Source: Lama guanicoe
Lineage: Eukaryota
Length of the DNA: 64,000 nucleotides
NCBI GenBank assembly: GCA_013239625.1
Contig: MU053934.1
Coordinates: 5,350,399-5,414,398 of the forward strand
Direction: 5' to 3'
Under the pieces are notes generated by a model. The model saw only the letters and a list, made by a program, of their open reading frames with translations. It ran no database searches and was not told the origin of the DNA. The position numbers and the translations under genes are program-made. Below, in pieces: positions 29,030-40,975 of this stretch; within the stretch, counting starts at the first letter, position 1; each line of letters opens with the position of its first letter.

Positions 29030-29152
29030 AATTTTGGGGGGAGGGGGGAGTAGTAATTAATTAATTAATTAATTTAATGGAGGTACTGGGGATTGAACCC
29101 AGGACCTTGTGCATGCTAAGCACACACTGTACCACTGAGCTGTACCCTCCCC
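29030..29152 (-). mobile_element. tRNA-derived SINE (Vic-1-like) with (TAAT)n tail
   Basis: AATGGAGGTACTGGGGATTGAACCCAGGACC...CACTGAGCTGTACCCTCCCC. Confidence 0.88.
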
Positions 29153-29159
29153 AGCACTT

Positions 29160-31080
29160 TTATTTTCTTTGTCTTTTTCTGCCTGACTTCTAAATGTGGG
29201 AATGTTCCGGGATTGGGTTCTAGGCCACCTGTTCTGTGTTCTCTTCCAGGCCGTGACATCTAGCCCTGGTGAGTCCCACATTCACAGCTCCAGTGCTGAC
29301 CGCTGTGGACTCTGTACTCACATATACAGTTGTCTACTTGACTTCTCCACTTAGCTGTCTAGTAGGCATCCCCGCTGAACACGGCCAGAGCAGCTTGCTG
29401 ACCTGCTCTCTTGCTAACCCTGAAGCCTGCTCTACCCCAGGCTTCCCTCATCTTGGTTAATGGGACCCGCACATTTGCTCAGGTCAGAAACCTAGGTGAC
29501 ATCTCAGTTCTTTCCATTGTCTACCTCTGCATCTCCAAAGTATGTCCAGAATCTAGTTACTTCTCATCATCTCAGTGATTTTAGTCCAACGTGTCTCTCA
29601 CCTGGACAACTGTAGTTTCCACTCCTAGCCCTTCTGCAGTTCATTTTCCTCAAAGCAGCCAATGTGATTTCTTTAGAAACCTGAGACAGGCCACGTCATG
29701 CCCCTGCTCGGAGCTCTCCAGTGGCTTCCCATTAAAATAAAACCCAGAGTCTTTACCGTGAGTAGAAGGTCCTGCCTGCCTTTCCAGTGATCTCTGCTGC
29801 TTTCCTGTCATGGCTCTCTCTCAAGCACACTTGTCTTATTTCTCCAGTGTAATAATACTTGTGTTCCTGAAGGCCGTGACACGAGCCATATTGTCTGTTT
29901 GAGCTGCCCTTCTAGGTCTTTGCTGAGCTGATTCCATCTCATCATTCTGGCGTCAGCTGAAATGTCATCTCCTCAGAGAGGCCTTCGCTGACCACCTATC
30001 AAAAATGGCCTCCTGCCCGTACCTGTTACTTTGTCACTTTATAACCTGTAATTCTGTTACTTTTTCATAGTTTTATGATTACTCTGAAATTATTCATTTA
30101 GTTGGTTATTTTTTGTCTATTTTCTGTCACTAATATTAATAGCTGGCATTATTAAGCACATGCATGTGCTTTGTATTGTATTTACATTTTCTCATTTGTT
30201 ATCATTTTACAGATGAGGAAACTGAAGTTTTACAAGACCAAGAACTTGGTCTTGTTTTACTGCTTTATCATTTTTTACCAAACAGTGTTTGGTGCATAGT
30301 AGTTGCTCAAAAAAAATTTGTAGGTTGGCTAGATGAACCAGAGATTCCTAAATTTATGTCTCTAGTTCTTACATCTCCTTGAAGACGTAAATTTGTGTAT
30401 CCAGTCACCTGCTTCACATCTCCAATTGGATTTCTAAGAAACATTTAGTTATCGTATGACTGTTTGTTCCCTCCTCCCGCAAACTGTTTCTTTTCCACTG
30501 TCCCCCCTGTTAGTGAATGGCATCATCGTAAACCCGGGCGTTCAGACTGGAAACCTGGGCCTGGCTTTGGGTGGCTCCCTTTCCTCCTTCCCCACATCCA
30601 GCCTAGAAGCAAAGCTGTTGGTTCTACCTCTGGTTATATCTTGAATCCATTCACTCCTCTTCATCCCCACCCCCACGGTCACCACTTCAGTCTCGCACCC
30701 CATCACCTCTTTCCTGGAGCTTGTCCTTCCACACTTGTCTCACTGCACCCGCTCTTGTCTCTCCACAAGCCCTTTGCCAAACAGCAGCCAAAGTGATTTT
30801 TAAAAACCATACATGGGGTGGGGTATAGCTTAGTGGCAAAGCACATGCTTAGCATGCTTGAGGTCCTGGGTTCAATCCCCAGTACCTCCATTAAAAAAAA
30901 ACAACAAAATACAAACAAGAAAGCATTATGTTAGTTCATGCAACTGTCGTGTTTAGGATCCTTTTATGGATTCCCATTGTCCTTAAAATCTAACTCCTTC
31001 ACTGTGGCCACAGTCCCTTGGTAATCTGGGTTCCTCTGCCTCTCCAGGGTCTTCTTACATTGTCCCCTTTGTCCACAGTG
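29160..31080. mobile_element. Ancient L2/MIR-like fragments (approximate)
   Basis: L2-like phrases (ccagaatctagttacttctc, tctctcacctggacaactg, ctctccagtggcttcccatt, aaatgtcatctcctcagagaggcctt); similar decayed stretches near 4.0-5.2, 7.2-7.5, 20-21.5, 23.5-24.4 and 34.8-35.4 kb. Confidence 0.5.
30814..30920 (+). mobile_element. tRNA-derived SINE (Vic-1-like)
   Basis: GGGGTATAGCTTAGTGG...GAGGTCCTGGGTTCAATCCCCAGTACCTCCATT plus A-rich tail. Confidence 0.88.
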
Positions 31081-31516
31081 TTCCAGTTATCGGGCTTCTT
31101 TCTCTTTGCCCATTTTTTTGGATTGTTTCTTTCCAGCTTACTGAGTTTTGAGAATTCCTTATATTCTGGATACTTGTCCTTTATCAGATGTGTGATTTGA
31201 ACATATTTTCTACCATCTGTGGCTTCCGATAAAGTCTAATTTATCAAATTCTTTCTTTTATAGATCATGCATTTAGTACAATATCTAAGAAATCTTTGCT
31301 TACTAAGGTCACAAACATGTTTTCTTCTAGAAGTTCTGTAGTGTTAGGTTTTACATTTGGGTCTATGATTCATTTTGAGTTAGTTTTTGTATATGGTGTG
31401 AGATATGGATTAAGGTTCACTTTTTGCATACGGCTATCCGATTTTTCTACGACCATTTGTTGAAAAGACTATCCTTTCTCCATTGAGTTGCCTTTGTATT
31501 TTTGTTGAAAATTAAC

Positions 31517-31898
31517 TGTATTTCAACAAAATATTATCTCACTGTTTTGGAGGCGAGAAATCTGAAATCAAGATGTCGGCAGGGCCGAGCTCACTCTGAA
31601 ACCTGTAGGGGAAGGATCCCTCCTTGCTTCTTCCAGCTCTGGTGGCTGCAGTCATTCCTCAGCCTCACGGGGTGTTCTGCTGGCTCTTTACATCGCCTTC
31701 CCTGTATATACGTCCGTGTTCAAATTTCCCCTTTTTATAAGGACACCGGTCATACTGAATTGGGGCTCTCCTTAATGATGACATCTTAAGTTAGTTAAAT
31801 CAGCAAAGACCCAGTTTCCAAATAAGGTCACATTCTGAGGTACTGGGGGTTAGGACTTCAATATGTTTTTCTGGGGGGACGCAACTCAATTTATAACA
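31517..31898. mobile_element. MaLR (MLT1-type) solo LTR
   Basis: TG...CA ends with 5-bp TSD TTAAC (31512-31516, 31899-31903); MLT1 motifs gaaatcaagatgtcggcagggcc and aaataaggtcacattctgaggtactgggggttaggacttcaa. Confidence 0.85.
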
Positions 31899-32213
31899 TT
31901 AACTGACCACATGAATATGTTTCTGGATACCTGTTCTGCTCCACTGGTCTCTGTGTCTGTCCTTTTATCAGTGTCACCCTGTACTGTAGCTTTATAGTAA
32001 GTATTCAAGTCAGATACTGTGAATTCTCCAACTTGCTGCTTTTTCAAAATTGTTTGGAGTATTCTGATTGTTTCGACTATTCATTTAAAGTTTAGAACCA
32101 GCTTGTCAGTTTCTCCAAGATATCCTACTGAGATTTGGATTGGAATTACATTGACTCCTTTCCTTGTTCCCAGTCTGGGAGAAAGCTCTCAGTCATTTAT
32201 CATTAAGTATGAT

Positions 32214-32804
32214 TTTTTGTTTTTTGGGTTTTTAAAAATTTTTATTGAAGTATAATCAGTCACAGTGTGTCTGTTTCTGGTGTACAGCATAATGTCCCAG
32301 TCATGCATATACATACATGTATTTGTTTTCATATTCTTTTTTATTAAAGGGTATTACAAGATACTGAATATGGTTCCCTCTGTTATACAGAAAAAAATTG
32401 TTTTTTATCTATTTTTATATATAGTAGTTAATATTTGCAAATCTCAAGCTCCCAAATTTATCCTTTCCCACTCCCTTTCCCCCGGTAACCGTAAGATTGT
32501 TAACTATGTCTGAGAGTCTGTTTCTGTTTTGTCAATGAGTTAATTAGTGTCTTCTTTTTTCTTTTTTTAGATTCCACATATGAGGGATATCATATGGTAT
32601 TTTTCTTTCTTTCTCTGGCTGACTTCACTTATAATGACGATCTCCAGGTCCATCCATGTTGCTGCAAATGGCATTATTTTATTCTTTTTTATGGCTGAGT
32701 AGTATTCCATTGCATAATATACCACAACTTCTTTATCTAGTCATCTGTTGATGGACATTTAGGTTGTTTCCATGTCTTGGCTATTGTATGTAGCACTGCT
32801 ATGG
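32214..32804 (-). mobile_element. Younger 5'-truncated LINE-1 3' end inserted into an older L1
   Basis: T-rich tail at the left, L1 3'UTR/ORF2 end, and 10-bp TSD TAAGTATGAT (32204-32213, 32805-32814). Confidence 0.85.
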
Positions 32805-35800
32805 TAAGTATGATGTTAACGCTAGGATTTTTGTAGATGTCCTTTATTAGGTTAAGGGAGTTTCTTCTATTTCTAGTTTGCTGAGAGTTTTTATCATGAA
32901 TGGATGTTGACTTTTGTCAGATGCTTTTTCTGCATCTATTGAATCATATAGTTTTTCTTAGTCTGTTCACGTACTGCATTACATTGATTGATTTTGAAAT
33001 GTTGAACAAGTTTTGCATTCCCAAGATAAATCCCACTTGGTCAGGATGGTATTGTTTTTCATGTATTGTAGAACTTACTGGCAAAAGGTTGTTCATAATA
33101 TTCTCTTATTATCCTTTTAACGCCCCTAGGATCTGTGGTGATACACCATATCCTCTTCCATACCTGGTAGTCTTGGTAATCTGTGTCTTATTGCTTTTCC
33201 TGTTCAGACTGATAGATGTTTGATTTTATTGATTTCAAAGGAGCAGGTTTTGGTTTCATTGATTTTTCTCTATTTTTTTTTCATTTTATTGATTTCTGTT
33301 ATCTTTATTGTTTTCTTTCTTCTGCATACTTTGGACTCAACAACTTGGATAAAGGCCAGATTCCTTAAAAGTACACAAACTACCAAAGTTCACTCAAGAA
33401 GAAAAAGATAATCTAAATAGCCTTATCTCTGTAAAAGAAATTATAGCTGGAAACATTTCCACAAAGAAAATTCCAGGCACAGAAGACTTCATTGGTGATT
33501 GTTACTCAACATTTAATGTAGAAATAATACCAATTTCTATACAAACTCTTCCTGAAAATTGAAGAGGTGGGACTACTTCCCAAATCATTCTGCAAAGCAA
33601 ATACCATCCTAAACCTAACCAGGCAAGGGCATTATTAGGAAAGAAAACGACAGCTCAAAGATCCTTCATGAACATAAATGCAAAAATTCTTAATAAAAGT
33701 TAGGCAAATTGCACTCCACAATTTCCAAAAAGGAAAATACATCACAATGACCCCACAGGATGAGCTTCAGACCTTATTCCTCGTGCCCCTTCCAGGTGGT
33801 TCTCTTCCCAGCCTTGGGGAGTTTCCTTACAGGCGTGCTCTGACCAGTTTTCGCATGAAGATTTGGGGGTGCTGTCCTCAGATTTCTGGAGCTCTGTCTG
33901 TGCAGGTCTCGCATCTCCAGTTCTCTGTTCTACAGACTCAGGCCGCTCTAGCTCTCAGCTCAGCCCCTCACCCTCCCGGGTGCCCCCCACCCTGGCAGTA
34001 ACAGCCCGTCACGGGGCCACCTCAGTTGTGCTCTCTCAGGCATCGCTGTCCTGTGTTGCCTGTCGGCCAGTGTTTGAAAACCACTATTTTATGTATTTTT
34101 CTGGCTTTTTGGTTCAAGTTCAAAAAGTAAATCCAGTCCTTGTAACTCCATCTTGGCCAGATGCAGAAGTCCGTAACTGGAGTATGAGGGGACTGCATCA
34201 CACCGTATCGCATCAGTGTACCCAGACTTGATCAGTTCCCCTAATGATCGCCCTGTGAATTGTTCTCATGTTTTTGTTGTGTAGATAATGCTGAAGTAGA
34301 CCTTTCCATGCACACACCGTTTTGCTTCTATTGAATTATTTCGTTACATTTCCAAGAGAATAGTTACTGGATTTAAGAGTATGAATATTTAAGGGTATTC
34401 CATTCCCGAGGGAAAGTACAATCTACAGCAATTCATGAGTGAACTAGTTTTTTTTTAACCACAAAAACTGGTTTTTACCAGCACTGATGCAGCCAACTTA
34501 GAGGGGCTCTAGAAAGAATTTTTAAAAATTAAATTTACATGCTTATAGGTGTCAGTCTTTTAATCTGCCTCCAATATATTTCTCCCCGTTCTTCAAAAGT
34601 CTCTCCTGCTCAGTGCCCCTGTGACAACAGCAGGGCTGCCGGTGCCAGTGCCACGGCTCCCAGATGGCTGCTTTGAGGAAGGTTTCCATGGCGACTGGAG
34701 GCAGGAAAAACCTGTCTTCCCGGATTAGCAGTATCACATCCGGCTCCCGTTGGGAACGCGGGGACTCGGGGCAGTGGGTGAGAGAAGTGGTGTATATATG
34801 TATGAAATATTACTGCAGAGCCTCTTTAAAATATATCCAGAATCTGACCATTTCCCATGGTCCCCATGTAGCAAAGCCGACATCATTCCTGCCACGTCGC
34901 CGCCTCCTGCCCTGCAGTCTGCTCTGCACAGCAGCCAGAGAGCTTTTAAGCCCAAGTCAGATTCAGGTTTGCCTCTGCTCAGAACCCTCCTGTAATGTCC
35001 AGCCCTCCGAGAACAGGGTCCAGTTCTGTACTGCACCTTAAGGCCCTCCGTGACCCCCACTGTGTTTCCTCCTCCTCCCCAGCCCCCCTTCAGTTTGCTG
35101 CTGCTTGCACCTGCCCCATGTGTCCCTGTCTTGTCTTCACCCTTGCTGCTCCTCCTGCCTGGGTCCCCCTTCCCTCTGGAGCCACGGGACTGGATCTCTC
35201 ACTCTCTTTTGTTCAGGTCTGTGCTTGGACGTCACCTTGTCTCAGCGCTTCCCGAGCACTTTAGCTCCATGGCCCCCTGCTTTTACCCTGCTTTACTTTT
35301 CACCTGGCACTGCAGTTACCACCATCTGACACAGCTGTTTTATGATCTTTGTCTGGTTCTCTACTGTGATGTAACAGCGGGGACTTTTGGTTTTCACTGT
35401 TGCATCTCAGCCCTTAGATCCCCACGAGGCTCTGGCGGTGCTCCGTACCTTGTGAGTGAGTGAGTGGGAGGCAAGCCAACGTCAGGAAGGGGAGCTGCTT
35501 ACTGAGAATCACCTTCCCAGCCCCCTCGGTCCTGCACAGCCAGGGACAGCTCTTCCACTGCACACAACACCTGCTCCCTTCTGGAAGAAACAACCCAGTC
35601 ATGCCTCTGAGGCCTCGTGATGAGTCCTTCTGGTGATCTCAGCTGGCACATGTTACACTGAACTGTACGAAATTATTGTGTCCATAGGTTGTAATGGATG
35701 AATATCAGCAATAGCGTATGGCCTTCAGCATCCTGGGTGTAGACGGCCCAGGTACTAACAGTCACGTTCTGGAAATTGTTAGGACTCCCACTAACTGCCT

Positions 35801-37274
35801 GCCTGATGCTTCCTGAGTACCTGTCGGGTGTCAGTGTGCTGGGGCTGTCTGCCGTCTCCCTTAATCCTCACAGCCACTGTAGGATATCGGTACTGTTACT
35901 CTGCCCTGTGGAGAAGAAAACAGATTCAGAGAGGTGGCGTGAACATGCCCCAGGCTGTAACTAGCAGGAAGCAGCAGAGCTGGGAATTGAATCCACATCT
36001 GTGCCACTGGCGAGGTCTTCACTTTAACCGCGGCGCCGTCGGGCCTCTGCAGAGCGGGCGCAGGGGCTGAGCTCAGAGCCGTGCGCCCCTAGGGCTGGTG
36101 CACAGCAGTGAGCCCCCCGGGGCCCTGGGCCAGCGGCCGGCACGGCCGAGCTCCGGGTGCCCCAGCACCGTCGAGCTGGCGGCTGCCTGACGTCTTCTCA
36201 CTGGGGGCGTTGGGGAGCCTGGTGGGGTGGGGGTACCGTTGTGGGGATCCACTGGGAAAGCTGTCTATGGGTCTCTTCTAGACTTGTTTTCTTGAGTGTG
36301 AGGAATAGAGATACCTGCTTCAGGGTGTGTTGTGAGAATCAAATGATGACGTGACTTTAAGAACTTCTAGCTCAGTCCCCTTGATGTAAAAATATGTAAT
36401 CTCCATCCAGCACAAACTCCTGCTTCAGACCAGGCCCCGCATACCTGTTATACTGAAGACAGACATTGTGTCTTCCTCATGCAGATCAGACAAGCCTGGG
36501 ATGGCTGGCCTGTTAGGGAAGTGGGTTCTGCCATCTGTTTGTCAGCAGGGCTTGTCTAGAAGCAGGAGGGCTCCCTCCCAGTTGGGCACCAAAGCCACTA
36601 TGATAGGCATTTAGCCCACCCTTGGCCAGGTCAGGGTGTGTCTGGGGGCAGGAGTGGAGGTTAGTGACCCAGCTGAGCTGTCTTGGCCCCAAATTTGCAA
36701 GTGTGTCTTTAAAGAGATTTTTTTCATGTGCCCGTTTTTCAACATATACTGGAATGAAGGGCCCATAGGGTGATGTTTTTTCATAGGGCCCTCAAGGTGG
36801 TTGTTTGATTTTCCTTTTTTGTTTCTTTCTCATTCCCCTGACCCTTCCATTCACCCAGAATTCCCTACAGCAGAATCCTGTGGCAGACAGCACGGAGAAG
36901 ACGAGGGACTGCTGTGGACCAGGCTGACAGCTGTCCCCTCTGGCTCCCATCATCTGAAAAATGGCAGGGGGAGCTCTAGGTCTAGTGAATATGATTCCAA
37001 AAACTAGAAGGCAGCTGATGCTGAAGTATTGCAACCACATCTCTGTACTGTTACCTTCCATTTATTTCATGGGATCAAAGCCTTTTGTTGCATGGTTAGA
37101 AGTAAAAGGCTTCATATTCAGAAAAAGACAGAGAAAGCTGCCCCCCAAACTGCATTTCTGTTGAAGTTCAAATGGGTGATAATAGGTTCTTTCTAGTTCA
37201 AACAGGAGCAAGTTAGAAATAGGAAGTTAGAGGATGCCCCAAGTGATGACGCCTCAGTTGATTGATGGCTTTCT

Positions 37275-37530
37275 CTTACTTTTTTAAATCGTGATATAAT
37301 TCACGTGCTATAAAGTTCACTATTTTTAACGTATACAATTCAGTGGTTTTAGTATTCATACTGTTGTGCAGCTATCGCCACTGTCCAATTCCAGAACATT
37401 TTTCATCTCTTCAGATAGAACCCTGTGCCCATCAGCAGTCCCCCTGCCTGCCCCCTCCCCCAGCCCTCGCTGGCCTGCTCTCTGTGTCTGGATTTGCCCC
37501 TTCTGGACATCGCATTGAAACAGAATCGTC
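37275..37530 (-). mobile_element. Old LINE-1 3' fragment
   Basis: gatataattcac...tacaattcagtggtttttagtattcata...ccagaacatttttcatc motifs. Confidence 0.65.
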
Positions 37531-38019
37531 AGTATGCATCCTCTTGGGACTGGAAATGCCAGGGTCGGATGAGTGGAGGTATCAACTCAGAAGCCAAGAT
37601 GTGTTCCATCTAAATGGTTCCTCGAAGATTCTGGTTCGGAGGAACCTATTCACGGGGGTTTTGGTGGTGGCTGGATTTTGTTTTCTTTTTTAGGAAACAT
37701 TTGTCTGAGCATAGAGTATCAGGAAGTCTGTATGATTCTCTCCTTCCTTAATGGTACGGGAACTGAGCAGACATTCTGCTTGGCTCACAGAGCTGTTGAG
37801 AATATCAGTTTTGTAGCTTCTTCAAAGTATATCTTCTCTCGGATGAAATGTTCAGAATAGGAGACTTTTTCTTTCAAGTGTGACTTTTCCTTTCCTGTTA
37901 CACAGAGGCCAGGACTCACCTCCCCACTGCCTCTGGGCCAGCAGATCCGAGTCAGGGGTGGAAAGGACCCCCAGTAGAGCAGCTGCTTTAGATGACTTTC
38001 CCCTTTGCTCTCCTACCAG

Positions 38020-38139
38020 GACAGATGTTTCTGGACCAGATGAAGCTTAAGGAGACTTCCGGCTGTAAGATATTAGGATAGGAAAACTCTCAAGCCTGGA
38101 TCTGCAGAAGGCTTGCCTCGCTTCTCCGCACGATGTCAG
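38020..38139 (+). CDS. SGSM3: SGSM3 exon 2: 5'UTR 38020-38132, start codon at 38133 (ATG TCA G)
   Basis: Pyrimidine tract then ctaccag|GACAG; ends acgATGTCAG|gtggg; splicing to the next exon gives MSGSH..., the SGSM3 N-terminus. Confidence 0.85.
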
Positions 38140-38652
38140 GTGGGAGGCAGGGGCCGGCTTGGAAATGGGGTGACAGGCTCTCTAGGGGGTAGGGGGGCCT
38201 TACCCAGGAGGACCCACCCGGTGTTGGGGGAAGCAGGCTTGTTTTTCATGGACCTTCGTGGGTCACATGGACCAGGCAGGAGGTGGGGGAAGGAGGAAGC
38301 CTTCTGATGGGCATCTGGGAGTTACTGCAGCTCTCTTCTCAGTTTTCCCGAATCCCTGTCCTCTCCCTCCAGCCTGCAAATTCTTACTTGCAGGTGGAAG
38401 AAGAGGCAAGGACATGAAGTTTGGTTGTCTCGTAACTAACACGCTGCTGGTTTTCTTTTCCTTCCTCCAGAAATTTGCACATTTCTAGGTTTCTCACCCT
38501 CCCCTATCCATTGGACTTTAGATGGTCCAGTCCCTTTAATGCTGGTGCTCTGGGGGGGCGGGACAGGGGAGCAGGGATATCCCAGTCTGAATTCCCTCTC
38601 TGAATGCTCTGCGTTTTTTTCATCTTGTATTCCTGACCCTCCTTGGTTTTAG

Positions 38653-38738
38653 GAAGCCACGTACCTTCTGCCAGTGGCCCCTTCTCAGCCCTGACTCCGA
38701 GCATGTGGCCCCAGGAGATCCTGGCCAAATACACGCAG
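38653..38738 (+). CDS. SGSM3: SGSM3 exon 3
   Basis: ttttag|GA...CAG|gtacag, 86 nt; (G)[28 protein letters not shown]. Confidence 0.93.
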
Positions 38739-39179
38739 GTACAGCAGCTGGCCAGCCAGACACCAGCGGCTCTGCCCCGAGGCCATGGTCCCCAAAGGAA
38801 CCCGCCACTCACAGGCTTCCTGGTGGATGGGTCACTGCACCGTTCGCACACGGAATGGGAGGCCCCATCAAGGACAGTGTTAGCTCCGTGTCCTCTGGGA
38901 ATCAGGCTTTAGGTTGGATGCAAAGTATGGTGCTCTGCCCTCAGTATTATGGGGACTCAGAAATAAATGAGACACACTTTTCCTGACTTGATCTTATCTT
39001 TGACCTCTGAGGAAAACAGGGAAGATGTGGGGAGAGTTCGAGAGGGTCGTGACCCCTGTAGCTGAGTGACAACTGCAGGGGCTCCAGGGAAGGGCACCCC
39101 TTGCTCTGAGTTGTGGGGGCCAGGTGGCAGCCGCGGGGTGGAGGGGTCCCAGGCTGACTCTCCCCACTCCTGGGTCTAG

Positions 39180-39246
39180 AAGGAGGAGGCAGCGGAGCAG
39201 CCAGAGTTCTGCTACGATGAGTTCGGTTTCCGGGTCGACAAGGAAG
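39180..39246 (+). CDS. SGSM3: SGSM3 exon 4
   Basis: gtctag|AAG...GAAG|gtgaga, 67 nt; KEEAAEQPEFCYDEFGFRVDKE. Confidence 0.93.
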
Positions 39247-39530
39247 GTGAGACTGAGCCCCTCGCGTGGAGCCTTGCCCATGTCCTTGGGGAGGACCAGC
39301 CGCAGCGACTCATGACCCTGCTGTGACCTCGGGCTCCGGCTGTTTCACCCGATGTTCCAGAGTAAAGGACGGAGCTGCATCTGATGGTGATGCTGGTCTC
39401 AGTATATGGAGTCCTCTGGGGGTTTTAAGATTAATTTTATTGATCTTCATATGATAATAAAAGCAGTAATGTTCATTGTAGAGAATTTGAAAACTACATC
39501 AAAATACAAAGATTAAAACACGTTAACCTA

Positions 39531-39688
39531 GTGGGGAGGGTACAGCTCAGTGGTAGAGCACGTGCTTAGCATGCACGAGGTCCTGGGTTCAATCCCCAGC
39601 GCCTCCTCTAAACATAAATAAATAAATAAACCTAATTACCTCCCCAACCCCAAAAAAGAAAAATTAAAAAAAAAAACCCGCCCCCAGA
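39531..39688 (+). mobile_element. tRNA-derived SINE (Vic-1-like), long form, in SGSM3 intron 4
   Basis: GGGGAGGGTACAGCTCAGTGGTAGAGCACGTGCTTAGCATGCACGAGGTCCTGGGTTCAATCCCCAG; flanking repeat TTAACCTA (39523-39530, 39689-39696). Confidence 0.9.
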
Positions 39689-40588
39689 TTAACCTATAAT
39701 CCTGCAGCCTGAAGATAACTGCAGACATTTCAGAGTGTTCTTTCCTGACTGTGTGTGTTTCGATGTGGAAGATTGTATCATAATATTGCACAATGTTAAG
39801 AGATCTAAGAGCAGTGTAAAAACATGTCTATGGTGTATGTGGTATATGTATGTTTCTATATTGCTCTTTTATCTCTTAACATATACCATGAGCATTTTGT
39901 CAAATGTCAGTTAAGACCTCTTTAAAAGCGTATTTTTCAGTGGCTGCACACTGTCCCATTTTAATGAATCTGTCATCATGTTTTTATAACCTCTCTTCTC
40001 TACGTGGGCCCCAAGGCCATTCCCACTGTCTTCTACCACAGCGGCGCCTGTGGGCTCCTGAGGGGGCTGTGGGAGGGGCGTCTGCCCGAAGCCAGGGGAG
40101 CCCGTCACCAACCAGAAGGTGTTAACTGGCTGAAACCAGTCATGTTCAGGTCGCTCATATTTCCAGTTCTGCCAAGTCTTCCTCATTCTCTGCTTTGCGG
40201 GCAGATATTTGGAAGTTAAAAGCTGGGCCTGAGAGGAACACAGGGAACTTTCTAGTATGACGGAAATATTCTGTCTTGATGGGAACAGTGTTTGAATGTT
40301 TGTTGATACTCAGTGCACTTAATATTTGTGCACTTAATGTGAATTCACTGAAGGTGAAGTTTTAGAAAGCGGAGGCTGAGGCTGTGACTCCGGGATGGGT
40401 CAGGGCGCTGCCCTATGGGGCAGTAGTGCTGTGGAGGCTGCGGGGCAGGAGAGCCCCGTCCACGGGCACCCGGGCACTTCCGGAGGCCAACTGGAAAGGC
40501 GGCCCTGGGCGTGGGTGGTGAGATCCGGCCCTGGGCCGGGGCCGATGCTCCGGGGAACAGACGGGGTGGCTTCCTTCCTCCCCTGCAG

Positions 40589-40794
40589 ACGGCGCTGGCC
40601 CCCGCTCCAGCAGGCTGCCGGCCGCTCTGATGGAGGACCCGCCGCAGAGGCTGCGGTGGCAGGCCCACCTGGAGTTCACCCACAACCACGACGTGGGGGA
40701 CCTCACCTGGGACAAGATTGCCGTCTCCCTGCCCCGCTCAGAGAAGCTCCGCTCCCTGGTGCTGGCCGGTGTCCCACACAGCATGAGGCCGCAG
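40589..40794 (+). CDS. SGSM3: SGSM3 exon 5 (start of TBC/Rab-GAP domain)
   Basis: cctgcag|AC...CAG|gtgagg, 206 nt; (D)[68 protein letters not shown]. Confidence 0.94.
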
Positions 40795-40867
40795 GTGAGG
40801 CAGAGGGACCCGCGGGGGCCGGGTGGTTCCGGTGCCCCTGGGAGCTGAGTGCTCACGCCCCCCTCAG

Positions 40868-40975
40868 CTGTGGATGCGGCTCTCAGGGGCCCTGCAGAAG
40901 AAGAGGAATTCTGAGCTGTCCTACCGAGAGATTGTAAAGAACAGCTCCAATGATGAGACCATTGCTGCCAAACAG
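40868..40975 (+). CDS. SGSM3: SGSM3 exon 6
   Basis: cctcag|CTG...CAG|gtgagg, 108 nt, after a 73-nt intron; [36 protein letters not shown]. Confidence 0.95.

Larger units (their letters stand above)
31100..33740. mobile_element. Degenerate LINE-1 ORF2 (antisense to about 33335, sense about 33340-33740) hosting nested insertions
   Basis: L1 ORF2-like sequence (accatttgttgaaaagact, ctgtagctttatagtaagt, caaactaccaaagttcactcaagaaga, gcaaaaattcttaataaa). Confidence 0.75.
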
